Positions 30,363 to 39,900 of a stretch of 39,901 nt of DNA are shown piece by piece. The position numbers and the translations under genes are program-made. Positions within the stretch are counted from its first letter, which is position 1. Each line of letters starts with the position of its first letter. This DNA is from a virus: IMG/VR virus record IMGVR_UViG_3300031565_000128. The stretch is one strand, 5' to 3'. The notes beneath the pieces were generated by a model. The model was not told the DNA's origin, did not search any database, and was given only the letters and a program-made list of their open reading frames with translations.

Positions 30363-31658
30363 TTAACCTCCTTTGATGCACCAATGGTCATCAAAAACGA
30401 CTAAGCCCGCTTCCTTCAGCCATTTGTTTATATTCTCGCTATGGTCAAAGTGCATCGGGCTTACTTCATGTTCCCAAAAGCAATCATAGTGATAGAACCT
30501 TGCACCTTCTTTCATTCTCGGTCCTAGTTTCAGGAGAAAGCCACGCAGGTCCTCAATGTGCTCTAATGTGTCTATGGCGATAATGAGATCGAATTTCTCC
30601 AAGTCCTCTGGGAACTCACTTGTGAACTTGACATTCCTGGCCCCCAGTTTATTAGCTCTGAATCTGGCGAACTCCAGGACTGTTTCGCTTATGTCGTAGC
30701 CAACTAGGTTCTTATTCTTCCAGCACAAATCAAGGAGGGCAGTCCCTATACCACACCCAACATCTAAAATATGGAGATGCTCAGCGTTCTTGATTCCAGC
30801 CAGCCTTTGCTCTTTGTAGAACTTCGCGGAGTTGAACCCTACTAAGTCATAGAGATAAAGCTGGCCTATCTCCGGGTCTTTGTAGAAGTCCTCGGACGTT
30901 CCTTGCCATTCCTTCCATCTATCACCTAATTGCTCTGTTGCTATGGATTGAGGGACAAGTTCCCTTGATTCCTTCCCTAGATATTCAGCTAAGTCATTCC
31001 ATAAATCGGGACTCTCTGGCTTCCAGGTCATTTTCTCTATTGCTTCCTGAGTGGTGTAAACCTTTTCCTTCAGATGTTGAAGCTGAATCCCGGTATGTGC
31101 ATAAACCTTCGCTCCGGCCTGCCTGACCTTGTTACAGAAGTCCCAGTCCTCAGAGATGTAGATATTTTCATACCTGCCAACCTCAAAGACCGGGTAACAT
31201 TCCGACCAGCTCCCCTCGTTGAGAACCGGCATATCCTGGGTAATCTTCTCAAGGATATTACGGCTGATTCCCAGAAAGCCTGTTGAGACGAACTGCACTT
31301 CCTCTAGCTTGCCTGATATGTGAAAATGCCCGTTCCAACCTCTTTGAGCTAGGAAGGTGCCTCCTCTTACTGGGTATAGCCCACCCACTACATCTAGTCC
31401 ACTACTCAGAGCATCCAGTAACTTCTCGATGTCTCCGAGTGTGAATATAATGTCTCCGTCAAGGAATATCAGATAAGGTGCTTGGTTTTTCTTCAGGAAC
31501 TGGTAGGCTGCTACGCTTCGACTCCTACTTATGAGTGCATCCCCGGTCTGGAACCACCACTCGAACCTGTAATTCGTGTTGTGTAGTCTCTCCACAGATA
31601 CTACTGTATGGTCTGTAACCATTCCGTAAGAGCACGTATAAAGTATGAAATCTAACAT
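30363..31658 (-). CDS. Bifunctional GT-A glycosyltransferase / class I SAM-dependent methyltransferase fusion
   Basis: The N-terminal half has YLIFLDGDIIF (DxD), DVVGGLY and ISEDWDFCNKVRQAGAKVY, which is GT2-like. The C-terminal half has ILDVGCGIGTALLDL (motif I) and FDLIIAIDTLEHI. Confidence 0.75.
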   Translation of the reverse strand: MLDFILYTCSYGMVTDHTVVSVERLHNTNYRFEWWFQTGDALISRSRSVAAYQFLKKNQAPYLIFLDGDIIFTLGDIEKLLDALSSGLDVVGGLYPVRGGTFLAQRGWNGHFHISGKLEEVQFVSTGFLGISRNILEKITQDMPVLNEGSWSECYPVFEVGRYENIYISEDWDFCNKVRQAGAKVYAHTGIQLQHLKEKVYTTQEAIEKMTWKPESPDLWNDLAEYLGKESRELVPQSIATEQLGDRWKEWQGTSEDFYKDPEIGQLYLYDLVGFNSAKFYKEQRLAGIKNAEHLHILDVGCGIGTALLDLCWKNKNLVGYDISETVLEFARFRANKLGARNVKFTSEFPEDLEKFDLIIAIDTLEHIEDLRGFLLKLGPRMKEGARFYHYDCFWEHEVSPMHFDHSENINKWLKEAGLVVFDDHWCIKGG

Positions 31659-31677
31659 AGCAGCCTCCTTTTTCCGG

Positions 31678-32106
31678 TTACGGAATTATGTAGTCCACAT
31701 AGACATCAGCCACAAGGTCATCGGCGTTTGCTATGACACTTGAACCAATCAAAATCCAAGAGTTAGTGGCATTATGATTGGCGTTTTGAGCTGCCACTTT
31801 GCAGTTGGCGTTAATCGCTGCCGCAGGTCCAGTCGCAATACCAATGTTCATGGCATTGGTCTCAAGAAACATTATCGTGGCATTCAGGCTGTTATCAATA
31901 GCGTTATCCCCTAGACCAACCTCAAGGTTACACGCTACCTCTGCTGCCGTTTTAATGTCGGCTACTACCCTATCAATGAGAATATCCACATCTTCGGGGT
32001 TCTCTATACCACCTAATAGGGCATTGGCGTTGAAGTTACTCTTGGAAATCTTTATGGTGCCTTTGCGGACATAAGATTGAATTCCAGAAGCATATAAGTT
32101 AGGCAT
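31678..32106 (-). CDS. Hypothetical head-module protein (142 aa; possible decoration/accessory capsid protein)
   Basis: It is directly downstream of the capsid gene, is Ala/Asn/Ile-rich, and has SD GGAGGGAAAAC. Confidence 0.4.
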   Translation of the reverse strand: MPNLYASGIQSYVRKGTIKISKSNFNANALLGGIENPEDVDILIDRVVADIKTAAEVACNLEVGLGDNAIDNSLNATIMFLETNAMNIGIATGPAAAINANCKVAAQNANHNATNSWILIGSSVIANADDLVADVYVDYIIP

Positions 32107-32132
32107 TTGTTTTCCCTCCTTTTTAGATTTTT

Positions 32133-32153
32133 GGGGCTGTTAAGCACAGCCCC
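32133..32153 (-). promoter_or_regulatory. Stable hairpin just after the capsid gene (no U-tract)
   Basis: GGGGCTGT-TAAGC-ACAGCCCC has an 8-bp GC-rich stem. On the minus transcript it is followed by AAAAATCT, so it is more likely an mRNA-stability or processing element than a terminator. Confidence 0.45.
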
Positions 32154-32160
32154 CTAAGCA

Positions 32161-33150
32161 TTAACTTGTTGCGTCTATGGCTTTGGCCTTGTTGATGCTG
32201 TGAACCCGGGATATAGACTTGGTGCTACCCATCGCTAGGGCGGTATAGCAGTATGCCCTGATACCTTCCATGTTGTAGTTCTGCAACTTCTCAAAATGGT
32301 CAATCTCGAAGAAGTCTTGTCCACCAGTTTCGCCACCAACAGCAAGGCTGACTCCGCCATCCTCGATTGAACCCTTCCTGATAGCGTAGATGCTCACTAA
32401 ATTGCCAGTGCCTAGATCGCCACCAGTGTTGTCATTCTCGGCAGATAGGTAGTCAGATGGGACAATAGGGACACCATTAACGCTTGCGATCATTGTCCCA
32501 AACTCGCTAGGGCTACGAGCCATTATGATAGCTCCAGCCTTGGTCATTCCGTGAATGAACAACTGGTCAACTATCGCTTGAGGCATCAGTAGAAAGTCGG
32601 GACGCGGTTTGCAGGCATGGATAAGGCCAAGCAAGTTGACAATGCTGAGGCCGATGTTGCCACCGCCCTGATCGCAGTCCTGAGAGGCGGCGAAGGTATG
32701 TCCGTCAGTAGCAGGGCACAGCTTGTCCAGACCATCGAACTCTTTCGGGTAAGTGGTTTTATCGCCATAAATGAGCTTGTCCTCGATAGTTCTTAGAGCC
32801 CCTTTTATGATCTGGGACTGTATAGCTGCCCGGTAGTCGTTGGGGTCTTTATATGTTTCCTGGGCTGCTGCGACTAATGCCCACTGGTCGCCAAATTCCT
32901 TCAGCGCCAATTCCCCCTGTGAATAAGTAGCGACTTCCTTCCAGCCATACTGCTCACCCTTGCTCTTAGCGGAGACACCAGGGAGCGTTCCTTCCCGGTT
33001 CCATTTCAGGGTGTATGAGTCAATAGTAGTTATGGCCAACTGTGGTATAAGCTGCCCAACCTCGTATATTTCCTGAACAATGCCAGGCAGTAACTTGGAC
33101 TGCACCAGCTTTACCATTTCGGCAGTGCTGGCAAAATATCCAGTAATCAT
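32161..33150 (-). CDS. Putative major capsid protein
   Basis: 329 aa, directly downstream of the scaffold-like gene, with a strong SD and a 3' hairpin. Assigned by synteny and size. Confidence 0.65.
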   Translation of the reverse strand: MITGYFASTAEMVKLVQSKLLPGIVQEIYEVGQLIPQLAITTIDSYTLKWNREGTLPGVSAKSKGEQYGWKEVATYSQGELALKEFGDQWALVAAAQETYKDPNDYRAAIQSQIIKGALRTIEDKLIYGDKTTYPKEFDGLDKLCPATDGHTFAASQDCDQGGGNIGLSIVNLLGLIHACKPRPDFLLMPQAIVDQLFIHGMTKAGAIIMARSPSEFGTMIASVNGVPIVPSDYLSAENDNTGGDLGTGNLVSIYAIRKGSIEDGGVSLAVGGETGGQDFFEIDHFEKLQNYNMEGIRAYCYTALAMGSTKSISRVHSINKAKAIDATS

Positions 33151-33167
33151 TTAGTTTTCCTCCTGTT

Positions 33168-33884
33168 TTACTTCTTTTTTTCTCGGAAGCCATCCGCATA
33201 GATTTGCCTTGCGGTTTTTCCTTCCTGTGATCCTTTAGGGCCAGAAGTTACAAGAGAATCATGAGTTGATTTCTTTACAGGCGTTTCGTCTTTCGGCTTT
33301 TTATTCAACCGTTTCGCTACTGTTTTGGCTTGCTCAACAGTCGTCAATTTAAGGTCTTTCATCGTGTCTTTGAGTTCTACCGGGTCAACGCTTTCTGTAT
33401 TAGCAATCTTCCAGATTTCTATTTCCAGTTGCGTTTCCTCAGCAGCCTTAATCTTTGACGCATGTTCGGCCTTGTCCCGCTCGAAGTTGTCGCGCTCTTT
33501 CTTGAGTTCCTTTTTTTTGCCTTCAAGGTCAGCTAGTAAGGTCTTGTAAGACTTCTTAGCCTGAAGTTCCCTGAGTTTGACGGGATCGCCCCTAGCTGCC
33601 TCTAGTTCCGCTTGGTCTATCTGCTCTTGCATCTTAGAGATTTCAGATTTGGTGTCGTCCATCTCCTGTTGCTGAGTTTTTAGACTAGCTTCCCAATCGG
33701 ACAACGTTTTGGCATCCCTGCCGGCAGTAACCCGGGCGTCTTGAGCAGCTTTCGCCTTAATCTCCTCAATCTCCTTCTCTGTGTAAGTCTTGGCTTGGTC
33801 TTTTGGAGTAGTCTCTTCGCTACCCTCGGGAGCCTTCCCATGTTCTTGGGGGGAATCCTTTTGGGTTTCTTTGATTTCGTCCAT
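33168..33884 (-). CDS. Putative scaffolding protein
   Basis: 238 aa, extremely charged (K/E/D/Q) with coiled-coil character. It lies directly upstream of the capsid gene. Confidence 0.6.
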   Translation of the reverse strand: MDEIKETQKDSPQEHGKAPEGSEETTPKDQAKTYTEKEIEEIKAKAAQDARVTAGRDAKTLSDWEASLKTQQQEMDDTKSEISKMQEQIDQAELEAARGDPVKLRELQAKKSYKTLLADLEGKKKELKKERDNFERDKAEHASKIKAAEETQLEIEIWKIANTESVDPVELKDTMKDLKLTTVEQAKTVAKRLNKKPKDETPVKKSTHDSLVTSGPKGSQEGKTARQIYADGFREKKK

Positions 33885-33905
33885 TTGTACCTCCTAAATT
33901 AAAAC

Positions 33906-33959
33906 GCCTCAGAATGTAAAAGATTTTCTGAGGCCGGTGCCATCCTTTAAGGCGATGGC
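33906..33959 (-). promoter_or_regulatory. Two tandem hairpins between the giant gene and the scaffold gene (attenuator/terminator-like)
   Basis: GCCTCAGAA (33906-33914) pairs with TTCTGAGGC (33926-33934); on the minus transcript this stem is followed by GTTTTAATTT. GCCATC (33939-33944) pairs with GATGGC (33954-33959). Confidence 0.45.
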
Positions 33960-33972
33960 TTTCCAAACGACC

Positions 33973-36900
33973 CTAATTACATCTATCCGTTCCGTATGCT
34001 TTCGTAAGTCCCCTCAATCTGACAAGAGCATCATCTAAATCTGCATCCTGGCATCTAGCCGAAAGTCTCGGTGTCCCAGTCGCCAAGCCGTCATAGTAAA
34101 TTAGTAGCTTCTCCTCTTCCACTGTGGGAATCTTGCTAAAGTCCTTCGGCTGATTGCCTAAAGCATCCAGCCAGACATCATTGTAATAATCTTCATGCTC
34201 CATCAAGAAGCGCTCCTGGTCATAGCCGGCGGTGGGCATTTGGTAATACTGAACATAGAGGTTGATATAGTTTTCAGGAACATCTTTGTTATAGGCGCTT
34301 ACCGTATAATATGCAGTGCCAAATTCCGTCATCTTGCCTTTGTTGTTGAACAATAACGCTTCCCTGGCATCCGCCCTAGCTGCATCACTCGAAATATAAT
34401 TAGGCGATTTGCTGTCTCCATAGGAAGTATAGAGTGAGAATTGCTCTTCATATTGCACCTGAAGCCTTAGAACTGGCTCATTCCAGTCCGAGCCATCATC
34501 TGATAGTAAAGCATTGTCTAATGCCCACTGGTGAGCCTCCTGGTTATCAATCAGCCAAAGTTTAGCCTCAGCACTGCTTGCCCCATACTCGTCAACGATA
34601 ATCCCTCTCTCTACCCATAATTCAACAATCTCTTCAGGTGTGGGATTATCTTTTGTCCCTACATTTAGTGCCTCAATCCGTCTCTGGTCGTCACGGAAGT
34701 CGGGATGTTCTACATATAGTTCTTGAATCGCTCTATCCCTCGCAGTAAGCCCATCAGGACCCTTGAATTCATTATCGAGCCCACTATAGGCATCCAGCAA
34801 ATCAGAAAGGTCTTGGTTCTTGAGCTTCAGCTTAGCAACTTCGTCTAACTCCTCCATGAGTAGGGCATTGACTGGTATGTCCAATGATTTAGCCAATGAA
34901 CTAACCTGCGATAAAGCCTCAAGGCTATAAACATCAGATTGTCCCATAAGTGCCAAGATAGCGTTCTCTTCGGGATGGCTTCTCAGCCAGGCATCCCGAG
35001 GTTTAGAGTGAAGTTCAGGATGCTTGGCTATAAAAGCACCTTGAGTACTGGGTGACAATGAATGGTACTCTACAAGTAGAGCATACTGGCTCTGCGTCAT
35101 ATTGCCCAGGTAAGCCTTCGGGTACAAATCATCGAATTTAGCTAGTTCGCTTTCGTCTGTTATATCCTTCCTTGCCATCCATTGAGCATGGTATTGCTCG
35201 AAGGTATCACCTTCGCTTGGGTCTGCATTGATGCTTGTTAGTCTCTGGCTTGGCAATAAGCTAATTTCTTTCTTCGCATCCTTAGCCTTGGCAACCATCA
35301 ACACCAGTTCGGGTATGTCTCCCCTTTCAGCAAGCATCTCATAAGTGGCACCGCCTATCATCTGACCAACCTCAGAGTAATAATCCTTCATATCGTAAAC
35401 GTCATTTTCTATCGTGTATGGTGCTACCTCTGATCTCTCTGGTAATCCTAACTGCTCTTGTGCCGTTTCCCAATTATTACTCCATGTTTGAACACCAACA
35501 CCCAGCATGGCGAGAAGCCCATATATTGTGCTTGCTCCTTCATTTGACCACCTGACAGCATCTATCCAGTCTTGGACAGCCAAAGGTGTCAATTCTTGAT
35601 AGATTATGCTCTCGGCATTTTCGGCACTTAATTCTTCGCCTATAAACGTCTTGCCTGATTTCAGGCTCCATAGTAAACCGGGAACAGGTGCGAGTTTCGA
35701 CCTGACAAAATTAACCCCTATGTCTATAGGGTCAATAATTTTATAAATCTCGCCGGTTCTGGTTGACTTACGCTCTTCAGCAATTATCTGAGCGATGTTC
35801 CTTACATACGGCTGGAAGCCTGCCCAGAAATCTATCCTTGTATTGCCGAACCTGACTTTCCCAAAATCGCTAGAACGCGGGTCTTTTTCAACGTCAGCGC
35901 CAGCTAGTTCCAGTAGCATTATTACCAGTAAATTAGCACCAACCCACGATACAAGATTTCGAGCAGCTATCTTTCGTACGGCAGGAGTCGTTTTAATTAA
36001 ATCAAGCGGAAGCTGAAGCCTGGACATTACATATCGTGGCGAGAAAAAGACTGCTGAAAGGTATGAACCTGCTCTGCTAAGTGCGCCTAGATCGCCACGC
36101 CCTGTAGCATGATTGATAAATGATGCCAAGTCGGTGTAATCCTTAATAGTCTTATTAGTCCCTTCCCACTGACGGCAGTAATAAGCCCATGTCTCCATTC
36201 TGAGAACATTCAGAAATGTGATGTAAGCCCTCTCTGATGCACGTACTATCGAGCCGATAACCGGCACCCTCTCGATTAACCTGCCCCTAAATGCTTCCTC
36301 CCTGGCTTCTATCCTGACTGCTTCTTCTATAGGCGCAATATAAAGTCCATAACGCTCCGCCTTATCTGCGTAAACGTTGTTATGTACGATTTCGTTTATC
36401 AGCTTAAAATTCTTTTCACTGAATACAGTCTGAAGCTCTGCCTTAAAAGCTGTGGCAAATTGAACAGGTTGACCAACAGCTAATGTAGCACCTTGTCTTA
36501 ATGTGGCTGATAAGTCTGCAAAAGTCTTTAGCGTTCTGGGGATATTAGCTATATCTAGGGCAATCCTAGTAACTTTCTGGCTGGTGGGCATCTTGTCCAT
36601 GATAGCCTTGACAAACTCTGAGCCAAATTCCCTTTCGAGTAAAATCAGCTCGCCCTCGGTTGGTATTTGCCCCATAATTAAATTGGTCAAGGCTTCAGCA
36701 GTATTAAGTTTTTCAAAGGGTCGCAGATTTTCGTCAGTGCGAATCCTGTCAAACATTCGCTCTATATCAGCATCGGTAACTTCAAACTTCCGGAGGTCAA
36801 TATCATAATCAGAGATAGGTAGCGGTCCCCTCAATGCACTCTTGGCTTCGTCAAATGCCTTCCATCCTTCGCCACCCTGAAGTATGCTGGCATATATAGC

Positions 36901-39900
36901 AGAACGCTTGGATAACTCCTCATGCTTTAATGCTTCGGTAGCCTCCCTCGCTGGCTTGGCATCCTTAATAGCCTCGATAAACTTAGACGTGATAATCGCA
37001 TCTGAAGCTGGCGTGGGGTCAGTCTTGACTATTTCAATCTGAGCCTGTGTAGGCTCTGGTTTGGCAACAGGCTTAAGTGCAGGCACTTCAGGCGATAAAG
37101 TCTGCCTTGCCTGCTCATATACTTTAAGCATCTCCTCAAGCTGCCTTGACGTGTACTCTGGGAATATATTGGGCTTTCTCGGGTGCCTTGCTAACGCTAT
37201 CCCTTTTCTAGCTGGTTCACCCTGACCGGGCAAAGAGCGACGGCCTAGCTCAGTTTCTACTTCTCTAATTAGGGAATCTATGTCTTGTACTATCTCTACA
37301 GCATCTAACTCTAGAAGTGCCTCTAATCTGGCAAGTTCTAATCTGAGATTCCCCTTGAGTCCTAAGTCCTTTGGTAGTCGCCCTTTCTTTTCTAAGAGAC
37401 TTTTAATCTCAGAAATTCTATCTTCTGTGGCTTTGGTATTGTATTCCCTGAGCCTCAGATAGTCGTCAATGCGAGACTGGACTAATTTGCCCCTTGCTTC
37501 AGGTCTTACTTCTTTTGCTGGCACTTCCTCTAGCATAGAAGGCTGAAGTCCTGCCTCTGGCATACCTGTGGCGGTTTCGGGGATTGCTGCTCGTTGTGCT
37601 TCACCTAATTGAGCTTGTGCTTTGTTTAGTGCATTTCTCGCATTTATGACATCTTGCGATGTTGCCTTGCCCTTATAAGCAAAAGAGGTCTGCATTTGGT
37701 TAAGAACGTCAGAAGCCTGCCCTACTTTCTTTTTAAGTTCTGCGATTGTAACCTCTCCCACCCCTTCTTCGGCTTTGGGGAGTGCCTTCTCAGGATGGAA
37801 AACTACAACCTCATCGCCCTTTTCAATTATGTTCCTGGCTATAAGCCCATCATATCCTTTACTTTCAAGCCATGCCCTAGCTGCCTGAGCAGCCAGTTCG
37901 TCAGCCTCTTCTACTGTTTTGCCCTCATTAATTGCCTGTTCTCTTGCGGGTCTGGTAGTCTCATTCCAGAAGGTCTCGGCCTCTTGCTGGGTGTTGATAA
38001 CGAAGGGGTTTTTGAGGGTTACAGTCATGACCTCTTTGCCATCGTAGGTCTCGGCATACTCTTTGCTCGTGGTGTAGTAAGTTCCCTTGCCGAACAGGCC
38101 CTCGTCCACGGGAGCACCGCCGACTTTATATCCTCGATAGACAGTAGCGGTATATGGCTTGCCTGTTGTAACCTCTGGGGTAACAGGCGTAACCTTTATC
38201 TCCTCCGCCACCTTTATATCTTGCAAGACACTTTCGGCTAATCCTGCTTCAAGAACTTTCTTGGCATCTTGTTCCGTTATAGTTCCTTTGCCTACCTCCT
38301 CCTCTATATGTTCCTTAAGTTCCTCATATAACGGATTACCTTCGCCGATTTCATTTTTGAGAGAGTTAGTAATTTTGTCTATGTTTTCAACACTGTTTGT
38401 CCTCGCTCTGATACGCCCAGCACCACTAACTATAACCTGCCCAGCACCAGTCATTATCGTGGTTAAGAGAAATGTTTGTGGGGCAATTTCCTTAAATGCT
38501 TCCCACCAAGTAATGTTGCCTTCCCTTAGTCCAGCCTCAACCTCAATAGCAGCCTGTCCCTTTTGGGTTATTGTTTCAGTCAATAATTCTTCACCATAAA
38601 TACCAAATGCCTTACTACCAAATTTCGCAACCAGAGAGCTACCAATAGACTGTGCCACTTTCTGTCCAGCAACTCTAGTTAAAGCATTAGTAAATGCACC
38701 GCCTAGAATTCCAGAAAAAAGCATATTGCTAATACCTTCTGGTATTGCTTCCCAAAGACCATATCTAACAGCCTTATCGTGGAAATCAATCTTCAGTTGA
38801 TTTTCTTCTTCTAGCGTCAATCCTTGACCAGTATCGGCTCTCTTTTCAGCATCCTTGAATTCAAGATATTGCTGCGTTATCTGATAAGTAACCATTCGGT
38901 GAGAAATAAATCCTGATACCGCCCCTGTTACTGCCATAGCAGCCACCTTCGTTCCCGTTGTTGGTTCAGGGATAAGCCATAGGGGTAAAGCAGCCAAGCT
39001 ACCTACTCCCATAGTAACAATTGAATAACCTAAATTCTGTGATAATTGAGCCACATCTAGCAAGAATTGTGAATTAGGATATTCTGTCATAGTCTTCTGG
39101 ACAAACTCATTTAAGTTTTCGTTGGCTTCAGCAATCTTTTCGTCCGCCCAATCTTTATTGACTACACTTGCCCCACCTTCACCTTGAACTGCTTGTAATA
39201 CAGATGCCCCAATTTGAGCAGGAAGTTGCTTTATACTACCTGCGAAAACATATGCAGCGTCTTTCAGGGGTGCTGCTTCTACTACCGGGATTTCACCATA
39301 AGCCCCTGGGAATCCTATAGTATCTAATGGCGTTGTCATTGTCGCCCATACAGGAGTTTGGGGAAACGGGAGCAATCTTCGCACTTCTACGTCTGGTCTT
39401 GTCGCCTCAGGTGCAACTTCCGTGCCAAATATATCTTGTATCTCCTCATCGGTGAGATGAACGGTACCTCCCTGTCCATCATCAAAAGGAATCGCCTTGA
39501 GCAGTGCTACCACATCCTCAGTCGGGCCAATCTCTCTTATATCAGCAAGAAAAGCTTCGCGATTTTCATTCATATAGTCAATAACTTCCTGAATATCCTG
39601 CTCAGGAAACACCACCCCGAATACCTGCTCAGTTTCAAGCTGCTGCCTCTCTCTTAAATCCACCCAGCCTTTAACATCTAACTCTCCCCCAGCCTGCTGG
39701 TATTCTTGGTATGCACTCTTCCCCGCTTCGGTCAGGTCTTCTATGGTCACAGCCCATGGGGTAGCCTCAAAATCTCCCGTTGGTTCACCTAGAAGTGCCT
39801 CCATGTCAGCCCTGCTGAGCTGCTCCCCTGATGGCGTGATATAAATGTCATTCTCTTTAATCTCCCACTTCTCAGGGGTGATAAAGCTGATGCCATAGCC

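Noticed and set aside
31678-32106. N-A-T sequons in the 142-aa capsid-adjacent protein as evidence that it is the substrate of the neighbouring glycosyltransferase.
   Set aside because: There are only two sequons in an Asn/Ala-rich protein, and bacterial N-glycosylation is rare. This is too weak to report as a finding. The GT-MT finding covers it in general terms.
39802-39804. ATG at 39804 as the start of the giant gene, as in the ORF track.
   Set aside because: The frame stays open upstream to the window edge and, through the 127-bp overlap, for 122 more codons to ATG 396. That ATG sits in a coupled stop/start context, so 39804 is an internal Met.
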